A stretch of 64,000 nucleotides of DNA from Candidatus Obscuribacteraceae bacterium (GCA_044229845.1 JBGASG010000001.1:352001-416000); one strand, 5' to 3'; positions 18,216 through 28,556 are shown, counted from the first letter of the stretch. Program-made: numbers and translations. Notes: a model not told the origin generated them from the letters alone.

Positions 18216-21038
18216 TTAAGCGTTGCGTGGCGCTTCTTCTTCGCCGGCTTTAGTGGCGCCGTTGGTCTGAGTTATAGCCGGCAGCTCACGCACCGGTGGC
18301 GGCATCGGATCATCGACGGCTACCGTGACGGGTTGCACTTCATCCCAGACGCAGACGCGATTGCGCCCGCCGCGTTTGGCGACATACAGGGCTTTGTCGG
18401 CGCGGTCGATCAGTTCTTCTCCCGAGGTGGCTTGCGACGGGAACGAAGCTACACCTATCGAGGTGGAGATGTGTCCCAGTCCAGGCACCGGATTGCGGTT
18501 GATGTTTCTGCGCAGACGGTCTGCGATCATAGTGGCCTCGGCGAGAGGCGTTTCCGGCAAGATGACGGCGAACTCTTCGCCACCATATCTGGCGGCAGTG
18601 TCGCCGCTTCGCAGCAGAGTCTTGAGCATCGTTGCCACCTGACGGATGGCAGCATCGCCGACCGGGTGACCGAAGGTGTCGTTGATCTGTTTGAGCTTGT
18701 CGAGGTCGAGCATGAGCAATGAGCAGGTCTTAGACTTACGATGGGCTCTGTTCAATTCTTCTGCCAGACGATTTTTGAAGTAGACGTGGTTGTAAAGTCC
18801 GGTCAAGCCGTCTGTGATCGCCTGGTACTTCACTTGCGAGAAGAGCTGCGCGTGGGAGATTGCCACCGCCAGCTGGTCAGCCAGAGAAGAAACCAGGTGC
18901 ACATCGACGCCGTCCCAATCGCGCACTCGATCGCACTGATGCAGGATTAAGATACCCAGGACGCGATCGTCTTGCAGCAACGGTGCCGCGACTACGGACT
19001 TGGAGCCGATAACGTTGAGAAACTCCGCAAATGGCTCGGCGCGCTTGTCTTCCGTGACGTCCGAGATGACGGCAATCGGTGCTTCCTGTGCCGTCACATC
19101 AATCTCTTTCAACGAAGCGAGATCAATTCCGAGCACGGTGCGCAGTTCGGCTTTGCCTTCATCGCTGGGGTCGAAGTCCATGCGCGGACCGTAGAGTCCC
19201 AGACCTTTGCGTGACTCCAGTCCTTCGCGTACATATTCATGCGTAATCACCAGCGGACCTTCCGGACGCGGCTGTGCGATCTGGCAGTAATCGGCGTCCA
19301 GAGCGCGACCCAGTTCGGAGGTCACCGTATTCAGTATCACGTCGGTGTCCAGCGAAGATCTGGTGGCGCGGACGATTCTATTTATCAGCAGCTCTTGCTC
19401 TGCCAGGCGCTTGGTGTGCGCGAACAAGTTGGCGTGCTCCATCGCCAGTGCTACGTGGCGGGCGACCGCTTCTACCAGTTGCAGCTCCAGGTCGAGCCAG
19501 GCTCGGCGGTTGTCGCATTGATGCACGAGGATCATGCCTACCGGCGCGTCGTTGAGAACGATCGGGCAGGCAATCAGAGTTTTGACCGAACGCCAGTCTT
19601 CCGGTGATGCTTCGTCGCGTTCGAACATGGGGGCGAACGTCGACTGGTCCATCACATCCAATGAAAGGATGGCTTTGTGTTCGAGAATAGATTTGAGAAT
19701 GCTGCGGTCGGTGACGACGATCGAGCGGTTTTGCAGAGCGGTGCCCTGGCGTTGAGGATCCCACCACACATAATTGAATTCCAGGTGCGAGCCACCATCG
19801 GTGACATCAACAATCGGTTGTTCGTCTTCGACCAGTGCCAGGCAGCAACGGCTCGCACCGAGGGCTTTTCCCAGTTCGAGCACAGCAGTATTGAGAATCT
19901 CATCCAGGTCGAGAGATTGCCGCACGGACTCAGCGATTTTTTCGATCATGAGGCTGTGCTCCTCATGCAATTGCAGATTTAACGCCATGTTGTTGAAAGC
20001 GCGTGCAAGTAGCCCGAGCTCCCCACCCTGTACTAGAGTAACACGCTTTGTCAAATCTCCACGGCCGACTGCCACCGCTTCGCGCACCAGCTCATGTATG
20101 GGTCCGGTAAAATGTCCGGTCACCGCGTAAGCCAGAAGCACGGAAGAGCCGATGGCCAGTACCGCAGCGAAGAGCATCAGATACAGGCGATCGTGCGCTG
20201 AACCATAAATGATATTGGTCGGAATTCCTGCCACCACGATCCAATCGGTTTCCGGAACGCGGTCGAAGGCATAAGTGCGCTGGATACCATCGGCGATACC
20301 AACCCCTTCCAGGGTGCCACTGCGACTGTGCGAAGCGGCGGTCACCGATTTGGCATTGGAAAAGTCTTGTCCTTGCCACTTGTCGTTATCGAGCGTGCGC
20401 GCCAGGACTTTCTTGTCTTTGTCGACCACAGCAATGACGGAGCCTTGCTCTTCGCCCAGATCGCGGAAAAGATGCAAAATCGCTCCCGGGTTCACAGACG
20501 CGATCAAAATACTTTTTACTGCTTGGGTTTTCGTGTCCCTGACCGGGTATCCGAAGAGAATTGCCGGCTCATGGGTGATCGGACATAGGACATAGCCGGA
20601 CACTCCGAAATTAGCTGTCTCGACCGTCTGTCGGAAAAACGGCAGGTCCTTCATATTGACGGGTTGGCTGAGCGGCTGGCTGGCCGCACTGACGATGCCG
20701 GTCTCCGGATCCACCAGCGCCAGCATGTTGACGTCGGGGCTGATCCGAGACTGGGTCTCGAGAATCTGGCTGGTTTCATCAGGGATAGCGGCCTGGATCT
20801 CAGGCAAGACTGCCAGGGCATGCAGTTCTCTCTGGTGAGTTGAAATCCACTGCGAGAGGCTGCGTACCGCCAGCTGATCGTGGAATGTCGTGGCCCGTTT
20901 GGCAGTCTGTGTGAGGCTCTGATATTCCTTCCAGATAATCACTCCGCACATGGCGACGAGCGGCGTTGCTACTGCTATGCACAAAAGCAGCAAGCGAGTT
21001 CGAATATCCAACTCTCGAATTAGCCTAAGTAGCCGCAC
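18216..21038 (-). CDS. sensor diguanylate cyclase (Cache-HAMP-GAF-GAF-GGDEF)
   Basis: Two TMs flanking a sensor domain, HAMP (ELGLLARAFNNM), two GAF domains, TDGLTGL, RSGD I-site and RYGGEEF. Confidence 0.93.
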   Translation of the reverse strand: MRLLRLIRELDIRTRLLLLCIAVATPLVAMCGVIIWKEYQSLTQTAKRATTFHDQLAVRSLSQWISTHQRELHALAVLPEIQAAIPDETSQILETQSRISPDVNMLALVDPETGIVSAASQPLSQPVNMKDLPFFRQTVETANFGVSGYVLCPITHEPAILFGYPVRDTKTQAVKSILIASVNPGAILHLFRDLGEEQGSVIAVVDKDKKVLARTLDNDKWQGQDFSNAKSVTAASHSRSGTLEGVGIADGIQRTYAFDRVPETDWIVVAGIPTNIIYGSAHDRLYLMLFAAVLAIGSSVLLAYAVTGHFTGPIHELVREAVAVGRGDLTKRVTLVQGGELGLLARAFNNMALNLQLHEEHSLMIEKIAESVRQSLDLDEILNTAVLELGKALGASRCCLALVEDEQPIVDVTDGGSHLEFNYVWWDPQRQGTALQNRSIVVTDRSILKSILEHKAILSLDVMDQSTFAPMFERDEASPEDWRSVKTLIACPIVLNDAPVGMILVHQCDNRRAWLDLELQLVEAVARHVALAMEHANLFAHTKRLAEQELLINRIVRATRSSLDTDVILNTVTSELGRALDADYCQIAQPRPEGPLVITHEYVREGLESRKGLGLYGPRMDFDPSDEGKAELRTVLGIDLASLKEIDVTAQEAPIAVISDVTEDKRAEPFAEFLNVIGSKSVVAAPLLQDDRVLGILILHQCDRVRDWDGVDVHLVSSLADQLAVAISHAQLFSQVKYQAITDGLTGLYNHVYFKNRLAEELNRAHRKSKTCSLLMLDLDKLKQINDTFGHPVGDAAIRQVATMLKTLLRSGDTAARYGGEEFAVILPETPLAEATMIADRLRRNINRNPVPGLGHISTSIGVASFPSQATSGEELIDRADKALYVAKRGGRNRVCVWDEVQPVTVAVDDPMPPPVRELPAITQTNGATKAGEEEAPRNA

Positions 21039-21127
21039 TGCCGGAATTTTCTCTTCAAGGACGCTCGAGCAAATTATATGGCTTTTTCAATGCTTTCCAA
21101 GGGGATAATTACGCAGTCTTTTGCCCT

Positions 21128-21724
21128 ATGAGAAGGGTGTTATTCTTTCAACCAATGGAAGCGTCCGACACAGCCAGGACAGCCTTGACACAAAGCCGGC
21201 GGCACATTGTGTTCGCGTGGTCTGTATTCATTGCTGGGCTTGTGATTACGGCATTTTGCCTGATGCCGGTCATCTATCCGGACCGCCATCCGCGATCTTT
21301 CTTCCAGAACTCCGGACTGGAAGACATATTCTTTGATGTGTTCGCCATCAGCAGCGGGTGCTGGCTTTTTTCCTGGGCCGCCGCCGTGAACGGCTGGAAG
21401 ATTGCCACGAAAGCCGGTCAGTGGCTGGGCATTACGCTGATCTGTCTCAACCAGGCGCTGCTTTTAGGTGTCTGGTGGGACCTGTTTCAACAACCCCACG
21501 CGCTCTCATCAGGTTTGTGGGCTGTACCCTGGCTGATCCAGTCCTACATTCTCGGATGCTTCGTAGGTTTCTTCACCATGCCCGAGCTGACGCTGTCCGG
21601 CAACCGCTCGCTGACCGCGCTCGGCACGCTGGCAATTCTTCTGCCCTGGCTGGTCGGACGGAGAGAAGTTTTGATGGGCACACAAATCCTCAACGCCGAG
21701 ATCATGCGCTTCCTCGGTGGCTAG
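21128..21724 (+). CDS. hypothetical membrane protein
   Basis: About 5 hydrophobic segments; fills the gap between two minus-strand genes. Confidence 0.7.
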   Translation: MRRVLFFQPMEASDTARTALTQSRRHIVFAWSVFIAGLVITAFCLMPVIYPDRHPRSFFQNSGLEDIFFDVFAISSGCWLFSWAAAVNGWKIATKAGQWLGITLICLNQALLLGVWWDLFQQPHALSSGLWAVPWLIQSYILGCFVGFFTMPELTLSGNRSLTALGTLAILLPWLVGRREVLMGTQILNAEIMRFLGG

Positions 21725-22929
21725 CGCGCTGAGCTGACCGGCGACTTCTTCGCTGCCGCTGGCTGCAGTTGCTGCTCGAGAGCCTGGATGCGATTGAGTA
21801 CGCGCTCGCTGTCCAGCGGCAGTTTATTATCAAGATTCAGATCCAGTCCGCGGCGAATGGCGTTGAGTATTTCTTCGCCGGCTTGTTCTTTGCTGCCTGA
21901 GCGCAGGAAGACATCTACCTTCACCATGCGTGCCACCACGCTTGCTTCATCGAACTCCAGTGAACGCTCAGCGAGATTGAGAGCCTCGTGGTTGTCGCCT
22001 TCGGCAAAGGCACCGCAGGCCGATGCTGCCAGCAACACACCTTTTAAGGAAGCGTCCACGTAAGGAAACTCGGCTGCTTCAAGAAACGCTTTGCGCGCCG
22101 CTTTGAAGTCGTGCTTGTAATACGAAAGCATCGCTTGCACGAACGGAACATAGACACTGTCCGGCACTAAGAACCGCAGGCGGCGGAAGTGTTTGCGCGC
22201 TTCGCCGGCCATGCCGGAGCGCAGGAACAATATGGAAGCGCGGGCAACCAGGTATGGATTGTTCGGTTCGTGACGGACTTGCTGCGCGGCATCGCGTAGT
22301 TTTTCGGAGAGCGCCGGGCGCGACAGGTCGACGAACCACATGCGCACCGTGCGGTTGGAGAGCGCCGCAAAATAGAGAAGAGCGAGCACGCCGTAGATGG
22401 AGAACATCATGATGCGTTCTTCAGTGTTGGATGCCTGCATGAACAGACTCCAGCGCGAACCACCCAGTCCAACTGCAGAGATCACCGGTTCGATGATCAA
22501 GTTGAGCGCCAGGATGAACGAAATGGTGTAACCAATGATGGTGGCAAGAAACGGATGCGGGCGGAAGAACAGCGCGGGCAGAAGACACAGTGCCAGCGCA
22601 AACTGCACCGCTGCGCCGGCGAATAAAACCGGGGTGAAGAGATGCTCGGACGGCAAGCCGGCAGGCACTGCCGAATACCAGAACAGTCCGTAGGACCAGC
22701 TCTTGATGAAACCGCCCAGCCATTGCGACGCGACCATGGTGGCACGCAGATCTGTGATGGTGAGCAGAGGAAAGATCAGGAAGATCACGACGCGCCAGGC
22801 GAATGCGCGGTCTTCTTCTTGCAGATCGTCGCGCCAGAGGCGTTCGCGCTCAGACCAGAGTCTGACGATTGTGTTCAAACCGACGATAGTTACTACCGCA
22901 GTTACAAGCCACAGGTAGAGTTCGTTCAT
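21721..22929 (-). CDS. membrane protein with TPR tail; M50 peptidase-like paralog lacking HExxH
   Basis: Aligns by eye with 23448-24596 (WRDDLQEEDRA vs WDDDVTAADRA; FAG); TPR-like C-terminus. Confidence 0.75.
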   Translation of the reverse strand: MNELYLWLVTAVVTIVGLNTIVRLWSERERLWRDDLQEEDRAFAWRVVIFLIFPLLTITDLRATMVASQWLGGFIKSWSYGLFWYSAVPAGLPSEHLFTPVLFAGAAVQFALALCLLPALFFRPHPFLATIIGYTISFILALNLIIEPVISAVGLGGSRWSLFMQASNTEERIMMFSIYGVLALLYFAALSNRTVRMWFVDLSRPALSEKLRDAAQQVRHEPNNPYLVARASILFLRSGMAGEARKHFRRLRFLVPDSVYVPFVQAMLSYYKHDFKAARKAFLEAAEFPYVDASLKGVLLAASACGAFAEGDNHEALNLAERSLEFDEASVVARMVKVDVFLRSGSKEQAGEEILNAIRRGLDLNLDNKLPLDSERVLNRIQALEQQLQPAAAKKSPVSSAR

Positions 22930-23023
22930 AAGAGTGGGCCGAGACTTCCTAGATTTCCGAGGGATTCCGAAAGAACCGCCCGCATTCTACTGACCCGATA
23001 CATTGACAAGCCTGAAAAAGAAG

Positions 23024-23365
23024 TTATGGATGCGAGATCCGGTAGGCGCGAGTCTCGTAAACCTGCGCCTCTGCGGGACGTTTGCGGCTCTTCAGATACT
23101 CAGCGTACGTAACAAGCGCGAAAACCGTGTTCTGCCCGTTGGGCGAAACCCGCTCCGCGTTCGATATCGCTTCCTGGTAGAGGCTTTCAGCTTTTGCGTA
23201 ATCCCGTTTTGTCGCCGCCTGGCGAGCCAGGTCGATATAGCCGACAGTCGTATTATCGAAGGAAAGCTCATTCAGGAGAGGCTTTCCGAGCATGGTCAGG
23301 GCGACGACCCCGACTATGAAGAGAACGATAAAGACCGCAATGGTGACCGGCACATTGATTCGCAT
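23024..23365 (-). CDS. small membrane-anchored TPR-like protein
   Basis: N-terminal TM; DYAKAESLYQEAI..YAEYLKSRKRPAEA; start 23365 or 23455. Confidence 0.7.
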   Translation of the reverse strand: MRINVPVTIAVFIVLFIVGVVALTMLGKPLLNELSFDNTTVGYIDLARQAATKRDYAKAESLYQEAISNAERVSPNGQNTVFALVTYAEYLKSRKRPAEAQVYETRAYRISHP

Positions 23366-23447
23366 GTCGCCATTTATAGGTCCGGCTGCCGGTGATGTCC
23401 ACCCGACGCCCTTAATGTAGGCGTCCGCGGTGCTGTGGCTGGACTCG

Positions 23448-24596
23448 CTAAGCAATCTGGCTGAGCGCTTTCGTCAGCAGAGACTGATATTGCATTTTAT
23501 TGCTCTCATCAATCCAGACCAGCGGCAGGGGAGCTATGGTGCGCAATTCCTGCAGCGCCTCCGGCTCTTTGCCGGCGGAGAGGAGCAAGGCAGCCTTGAA
23601 CAACCGAGCATCACCGAGGAACGGGTCTTCGATGATGGCGTGATCGTAAGCCTCCAGCGCCTTGCCGATGTCCCGCAACTCACGGTACGCATGCCCGGCG
23701 TTGATCCACGCCATGGCGCGCAGGCGCGGCGGCTGCTGCAAATCGTTGGTGATTGTTTTGCAGAAGCGGATGACGTCGTTGAACTTGCGTTCGCTATAAG
23801 CAATCGAGGCTTGCAGGCGCGCCACCTCGGATGAATTCGGTTCCATCAAGTTGGCGTTGTCGGCGGCGTCCTTAGCCATCCCGTAAAGACCGGCGCGCAC
23901 GTAGGTGTATCCGAGATTGACCCAGCCCTCCAGACTGGGAGCTACAGAAAGCTGGGACAGCCAGCGTTGATACTCCATGTCCCATCTCGGGTCGGTGCGT
24001 CGGCGAAACCACAGCTTTACCCGATTGCTGAACGTTCCATATATAAAGAAGAAAACCAGCAGTGCATGAAACGCGGCAATCTCCACATTCAGCTTGCCGG
24101 CTGGTGTGGCGTAGATCATCAACCAATCGCCCTGAAAGCCGGCCAGCGAAAGTATGGGATAGAAAATGATGGTGTTGGCCAGATTGAACCAGCCGATGTA
24201 ACCGCAGATTGCCACCACAGGTGGTGAACGCAGACAGCAGGCGGCGACGAGAAAGAGAAGAGATGCGATGATACCGGCAAGGTTGCCGGCGAAGGCAATC
24301 CAGACGTCCTGAGCATCTGTGAAGTGCCCTGCGTAGCGTACCCACGAGTGAATGACGCTGTAATGAAACTCGATGACCTTGCCGCCATATTGCAACGCTG
24401 CCACGGCGTGTCCCGCCTCGTGCACAAGCGTCAAAACGGTAAGGGTGAAAACCAGCGCCGCGCGCAGCAGCAAGGCACGGTCAGCAGCCGTCACATCATC
24501 GTCCCAAACCGACTGCCAGTTCCGCTTTAGATCACGAATGGTGATAAAGATCAGCGGAATGAAAACTAGAGTGGCGAAGTCGTTGGTTGAAAACAC
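23448..24596 (-). CDS. M50 (site-2 protease-like) membrane metallopeptidase with TPR tail
   Basis: VHEAGH, IAFAGN and GDW motifs; TPR segment AWINAGHAYRELRDIGKALEAY. Confidence 0.85.
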   Translation of the reverse strand: MFSTNDFATLVFIPLIFITIRDLKRNWQSVWDDDVTAADRALLLRAALVFTLTVLTLVHEAGHAVAALQYGGKVIEFHYSVIHSWVRYAGHFTDAQDVWIAFAGNLAGIIASLLFLVAACCLRSPPVVAICGYIGWFNLANTIIFYPILSLAGFQGDWLMIYATPAGKLNVEIAAFHALLVFFFIYGTFSNRVKLWFRRRTDPRWDMEYQRWLSQLSVAPSLEGWVNLGYTYVRAGLYGMAKDAADNANLMEPNSSEVARLQASIAYSERKFNDVIRFCKTITNDLQQPPRLRAMAWINAGHAYRELRDIGKALEAYDHAIIEDPFLGDARLFKAALLLSAGKEPEALQELRTIAPLPLVWIDESNKMQYQSLLTKALSQIA

Positions 24597-24794
24597 AAAT
24601 GGATAATAGCAAACTCAAGGTGTGCCGATTTTCTCCTTGTAGGTTTCAACACTTCTGTTGAAAGTCAAGGGGTTGCACGGCGCGAAGTTATGCGCTTTTC
24701 CGGCTTCGCAGCGCGTCTCGGTTTACAACACTTCTGTTGTAGGTGGTGCTGGAAGATCAAATCGAATCAGGGCACCCCTGAGTCGCGCGAAAAT

Positions 24795-26090
24795 CTAGTC
24801 CGCGAAGCGGCGCAGCTGGAAGACATCGTTAGTAAAGCTGCCGGATTTCTGGGCGGGATCGAATGATGCCGCGGCTCGCCGAGTGGTGTCCGCCATCCGG
24901 GCGACGGTATCAAATGCGGTGCGATCTACGGCTTGGTCGGGAGTGACGGCGAAGCCGAAGTTGCCGTTCGGATTGTCCGGCGTGGACAGTCGTTTGTCGC
25001 GCACCCAGTTCATTTGCATGCTGCCGCCCGATCCGCTCATCGAAAAATCATTCGAGTCGGTGACCACATTCATTGATTTGGCAAGCATCTCCACGGCGCC
25101 TGCTGTTCTGAGATCGGGGTTGGTGGCGCTCAATTGATCTAAGGCTTGCGTGAATTTAGCTTGCATCTCGGATGGGTCGGCAAACGCGATGCTTCTGCCG
25201 GCTTTCAATAAATCTGCGGCTAGCTGGTCTGACATATTCGGGAAAGCGGCTTTCAGTGACGCCAGTTGCGCGGTACTATCGGCGCCTTCTGGTGGCTTGC
25301 GTGCGCCGATGTCTGGTTGTCTCTCGAACAGTCCGGCGCTCTTCATTTGATCGGCGATTTCATTCAGCGACGCGTCAAACCGGGCGACCTGATCCGGAGG
25401 TATCCCGGCACGTGCCTGGTCTTCGATTTTTGCAATGCTCAGTCCGGCGTTGAATGCCGCCTGGTCGCGTTGGACTGTGTCGGCTCCGTAGCCCTGGAAA
25501 GCGGACGCAACGATGCCGTTTTGATTCTCGGGTGTCGCCGCGTTTTGGTCCGCCAGCATCAGGACTGTGCCGTTAAAAATGGTGGATAGTTTTGATCCTG
25601 GCTCGTTTTTCAGAGCATCATTGAGGACCCGACCGAAGGTGCCCGGCAGTGCTTCCGGATGATTCTTCAGAGCATTTGCCATGATCTCCTGAAACGCCTT
25701 TTCCCGTTCGGCGGCCGGTGTGTTCATGAGCCTGTCGGCGGCATTAAATGCTTCGTTGACGAACTGGTCAGGGTTGGCGACACCGCTGGCGCGAGCCAGG
25801 TCCAGATTTATCGCCCGTCGGCCCTCCAGAGCCGCATTTTGGTTTTCGGGAATCTGAGCCCCGAAGGTAAAACTGGTATCGCCCACGGTTGAGGGCGGAA
25901 AGCCTTTCCCTGTTACCGATTCCTGGGACGTGGCGCTGGAAGCTTGAGAAGGCGGGCCGTCGTTTTGCCCGACCGGCGGATTGCCTTCAAGTGTCAACGC
26001 CAGGCGCGGGTCGCCCTGTTTCTGGACGTCCGGAGCTTCGCCCACATCAGGGGTGACGGCAGGTCCATCGCTGTTTTTGGGAGGAGCCAC
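24795..26090 (-). CDS. hypothetical protein with an internal two-fold repeat
   Basis: 431-aa ORF; disordered N-terminus; TPENQNG and TPDNPNG segments. Confidence 0.7.
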   Translation of the reverse strand: MAPPKNSDGPAVTPDVGEAPDVQKQGDPRLALTLEGNPPVGQNDGPPSQASSATSQESVTGKGFPPSTVGDTSFTFGAQIPENQNAALEGRRAINLDLARASGVANPDQFVNEAFNAADRLMNTPAAEREKAFQEIMANALKNHPEALPGTFGRVLNDALKNEPGSKLSTIFNGTVLMLADQNAATPENQNGIVASAFQGYGADTVQRDQAAFNAGLSIAKIEDQARAGIPPDQVARFDASLNEIADQMKSAGLFERQPDIGARKPPEGADSTAQLASLKAAFPNMSDQLAADLLKAGRSIAFADPSEMQAKFTQALDQLSATNPDLRTAGAVEMLAKSMNVVTDSNDFSMSGSGGSMQMNWVRDKRLSTPDNPNGNFGFAVTPDQAVDRTAFDTVARMADTTRRAAASFDPAQKSGSFTNDVFQLRRFAD

Positions 26091-26184
26091 AAATTCACTC
26101 GCGGGTGATCAGTCTACTTTATTTATGCCCACACCCCGTGAAAACTGCGTGACGGCCGATGACGGAGGCGTGCCGCGCCGCAAT

Positions 26185-26231
26185 ATACCAATACGGTATG
26201 CCATTTCGAATTTGGCATACCGTATTGGTAT
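26185..26231. repeat. 19-bp perfect inverted repeat
   Basis: ATACCAATACGGTATGCCA-tttcgaatt-TGGCATACCGTATTGGTAT. Confidence 0.9.
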
Positions 26232-26285
26232 CCCAAATTTGCGCGCCTAGAATCAGGTTCCGGACCCAGGCTTGTGCTCGCGGTC

Positions 26286-27308
26286 CTACTTGCCGAACAG
26301 CCGCAGCAGCAAGACCGACCCGAAGTAGAGTGACACCAGTGCCACCATCACGATCAGCATTGAGATCACGGTCGGATCCGGTGTCACCACCGCTGCCACC
26401 ATCGAGCACACCACAATCGCGTATCGCCATACTTTCAGCAACTGGCGAGAGTTGACGATGCCGGCGAAGGAAAGGCAGAAGAGCACGATGGGCAGCTGGA
26501 AGCACAAACCCATATAAAGCATCACACTGAGCACCAGCGAGATATAGAAATCCAGCCGCTGATGAATTGGTGCAACTGCCTGACCAAAGCTATTGAAAAA
26601 GAAGAGCATCGGGGGCAGTGCCAGGTAATAAGCGAACAACGCGCCTGCCACAAACAGCAGCGGGCCACCAATGATGATTGGCATCAGCACTTGCTTTTCG
26701 CGTTTCTTCAGCCCGGGCCAGATGAAGCCAGCGAACTCACCGAGAATGAACGGCGATGCCATCACAACCGCCAGATAGAAGGCGACTTTGAAATAGACAA
26801 TCACTGGTTCTTCCAGCGACAGTGCCTGAAATTGCATGTTGCCGGCTGGTTTTTCCAACCAGACAATCACGTCTTTTCCAACCCACAAAGCCAGTGACAT
26901 GGTGACGACGAAAGAACCAAGCCCGCGCAGGATGCGCGTGCGCAGTTCATCGAGGTGTTCGATGACGGTCATTACGTTGCCGGGCTCGCCTTCGCCTTCG
27001 TCTTCGTCTTCTGCTTCCGGTTGATCGTCGATGCCGAGCCAGGGTTCCTCGGCGGCAATTACCGGCAAAGGCGCAGCAGGTGTTTCTTCAACGGAACTGG
27101 CAGTTGCTCTGGAACTGGCATCGGCGGCTGCCAGTTCCTTCGGCACGGGGTGCCCACCGCGCGGATGCACAACCGGCAATGGATCCTGAGTGATCTCCCC
27201 CTTTGGTTGCGCCGACGGATTGGCTGACGGATTGGGCATGGCAGCCGGCGTCGCCGCAGCGTCCGATGGTTCTGGAGGTGTAGGTTGCTTGTCCGAAGGC
27301 TGAGTCAT
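26286..27308 (-). CDS. tatC: twin-arginine translocase subunit TatC with an acidic/Pro-rich N-terminal extension
   Basis: MTVIEHLDELRTR, FIWPGL, FQLP and TPDP motifs. Confidence 0.95.
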   Translation of the reverse strand: MTQPSDKQPTPPEPSDAAATPAAMPNPSANPSAQPKGEITQDPLPVVHPRGGHPVPKELAAADASSRATASSVEETPAAPLPVIAAEEPWLGIDDQPEAEDEDEGEGEPGNVMTVIEHLDELRTRILRGLGSFVVTMSLALWVGKDVIVWLEKPAGNMQFQALSLEEPVIVYFKVAFYLAVVMASPFILGEFAGFIWPGLKKREKQVLMPIIIGGPLLFVAGALFAYYLALPPMLFFFNSFGQAVAPIHQRLDFYISLVLSVMLYMGLCFQLPIVLFCLSFAGIVNSRQLLKVWRYAIVVCSMVAAVVTPDPTVISMLIVMVALVSLYFGSVLLLRLFGK

Positions 27309-27317
27309 GTTGCCATT

Positions 27318-28121
27318 TTACTTGGGTTTCTTGAGGCGCTGTTCGACAGCCGCAAACAAAACTACACCGGCGGCGATGGCGACATTCAACGATTCGCTGG
27401 CTTCATTCATCGGTATAGATATGATTTCGTCGCATGACTGCAGTGTTTCCTCTTCAAAGCCCTGTCCCTCATTCGCCACGACGATGGCGCAGCGCCCGGT
27501 AAGGTCCGCTTCGAAGTATTGTTTCTCCCCGTGCATGTCGCAGGCGAGAATGCGCACGTCATGTTCCTTTAAAAGGCTGATGGCATCGCTCATGGTGACA
27601 TCCCAGAGGATTGGCATGGCGAAAAGTGCTCCCGCAGCCGATCTAACCACTTTCGGTCCGTAGGGATCGACGGTGCCTTTAGTCAAGATAATTCCACTTG
27701 CTGATGCCGCCAGTGCGGTGCGAATCAGGGTTCCCAGATTGCCGGGGTCTTGCAGTGCCGCGCCCACGACGATCAAAGGGTTCGCCGGCTTGAACATGGA
27801 GACGGCATCGCGCCGCGGCAGCGCGGCGATGGCAGCCACTCCGCAAGGCGAGGTGGTGGTCACCAGCGTCTTGAAGAGTCGATCTTCCACGACCGCCACT
27901 TCGGCGACGTCGACGTTGCCGAGCGCGCCGGGGCCGTTTTTCCAGAACGACTCGCTGACGACGACGTCACGGATGTCGATGCCTTTTTGCTGTGCTTCAT
28001 CTAAAGCCTTGGGACCCTCGATCAAAAAAAGCCCGCTCTTCTCGCGCGCGGCGCGTTGATGCAGGCTGCGCATGCGCTTGAGGAGCGCGTTGGCTTCGCT
28101 GGTTATCGAGTTGACTTTCAT
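27318..28121 (-). CDS. TrmH/SpoU family RNA methyltransferase
   Basis: QDPGNLGTLIRTA, NEGQG and ESLNVAIA motifs. Confidence 0.93.
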   Translation of the reverse strand: MKVNSITSEANALLKRMRSLHQRAAREKSGLFLIEGPKALDEAQQKGIDIRDVVVSESFWKNGPGALGNVDVAEVAVVEDRLFKTLVTTTSPCGVAAIAALPRRDAVSMFKPANPLIVVGAALQDPGNLGTLIRTALAASASGIILTKGTVDPYGPKVVRSAAGALFAMPILWDVTMSDAISLLKEHDVRILACDMHGEKQYFEADLTGRCAIVVANEGQGFEEETLQSCDEIISIPMNEASESLNVAIAAGVVLFAAVEQRLKKPK

Positions 28122-28199
28122 GCCAAAGAAAAATCCGTGCCTTCACTGCAGTCGGGAATTTCCCGAAATGCCGAACAGCACGGATTTTATAACACCTTG

Positions 28200-28556
28200 C
28201 TACTTGATGGCGGCTTTCGCTCTTTCTACCAGACCGGAGAAGGCTGCTTCGTCATGGATAGCCATTTCGGAGAGCACCTTGCGGTTGAGGTCGATGTTGG
28301 CTTTCAACAGGCCGTTCATGAAACGGCTGTAGGTGATGCCTTGCGAACGGCAGGCGGCGTTGATGCGCGCGATCCAGAGGCGTCTGAAATCACGCTTGCG
28401 CTTGCGGCGATCGCGGTAGGCATTCCGCCACGATTGAATTACAGCCTGGTTGGCTGAGATGAATAATCTGGATTTGCTGCCACGGAAGCCCTTAGCGAAC
28501 TTGAGGATCTTCTTGTGGCGCTTCTGCAGTACGTTTCCGCGCTTGACTCTGGGCAT
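28200..28556 (-). CDS. rplT: 50S ribosomal protein L20
   Basis: [23 protein letters not shown] and [10 protein letters not shown]. Confidence 0.98.
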   Translation of the reverse strand: MPRVKRGNVLQKRHKKILKFAKGFRGSKSRLFISANQAVIQSWRNAYRDRRKRKRDFRRLWIARINAACRSQGITYSRFMNGLLKANIDLNRKVLSEMAIHDEAAFSGLVERAKAAIK

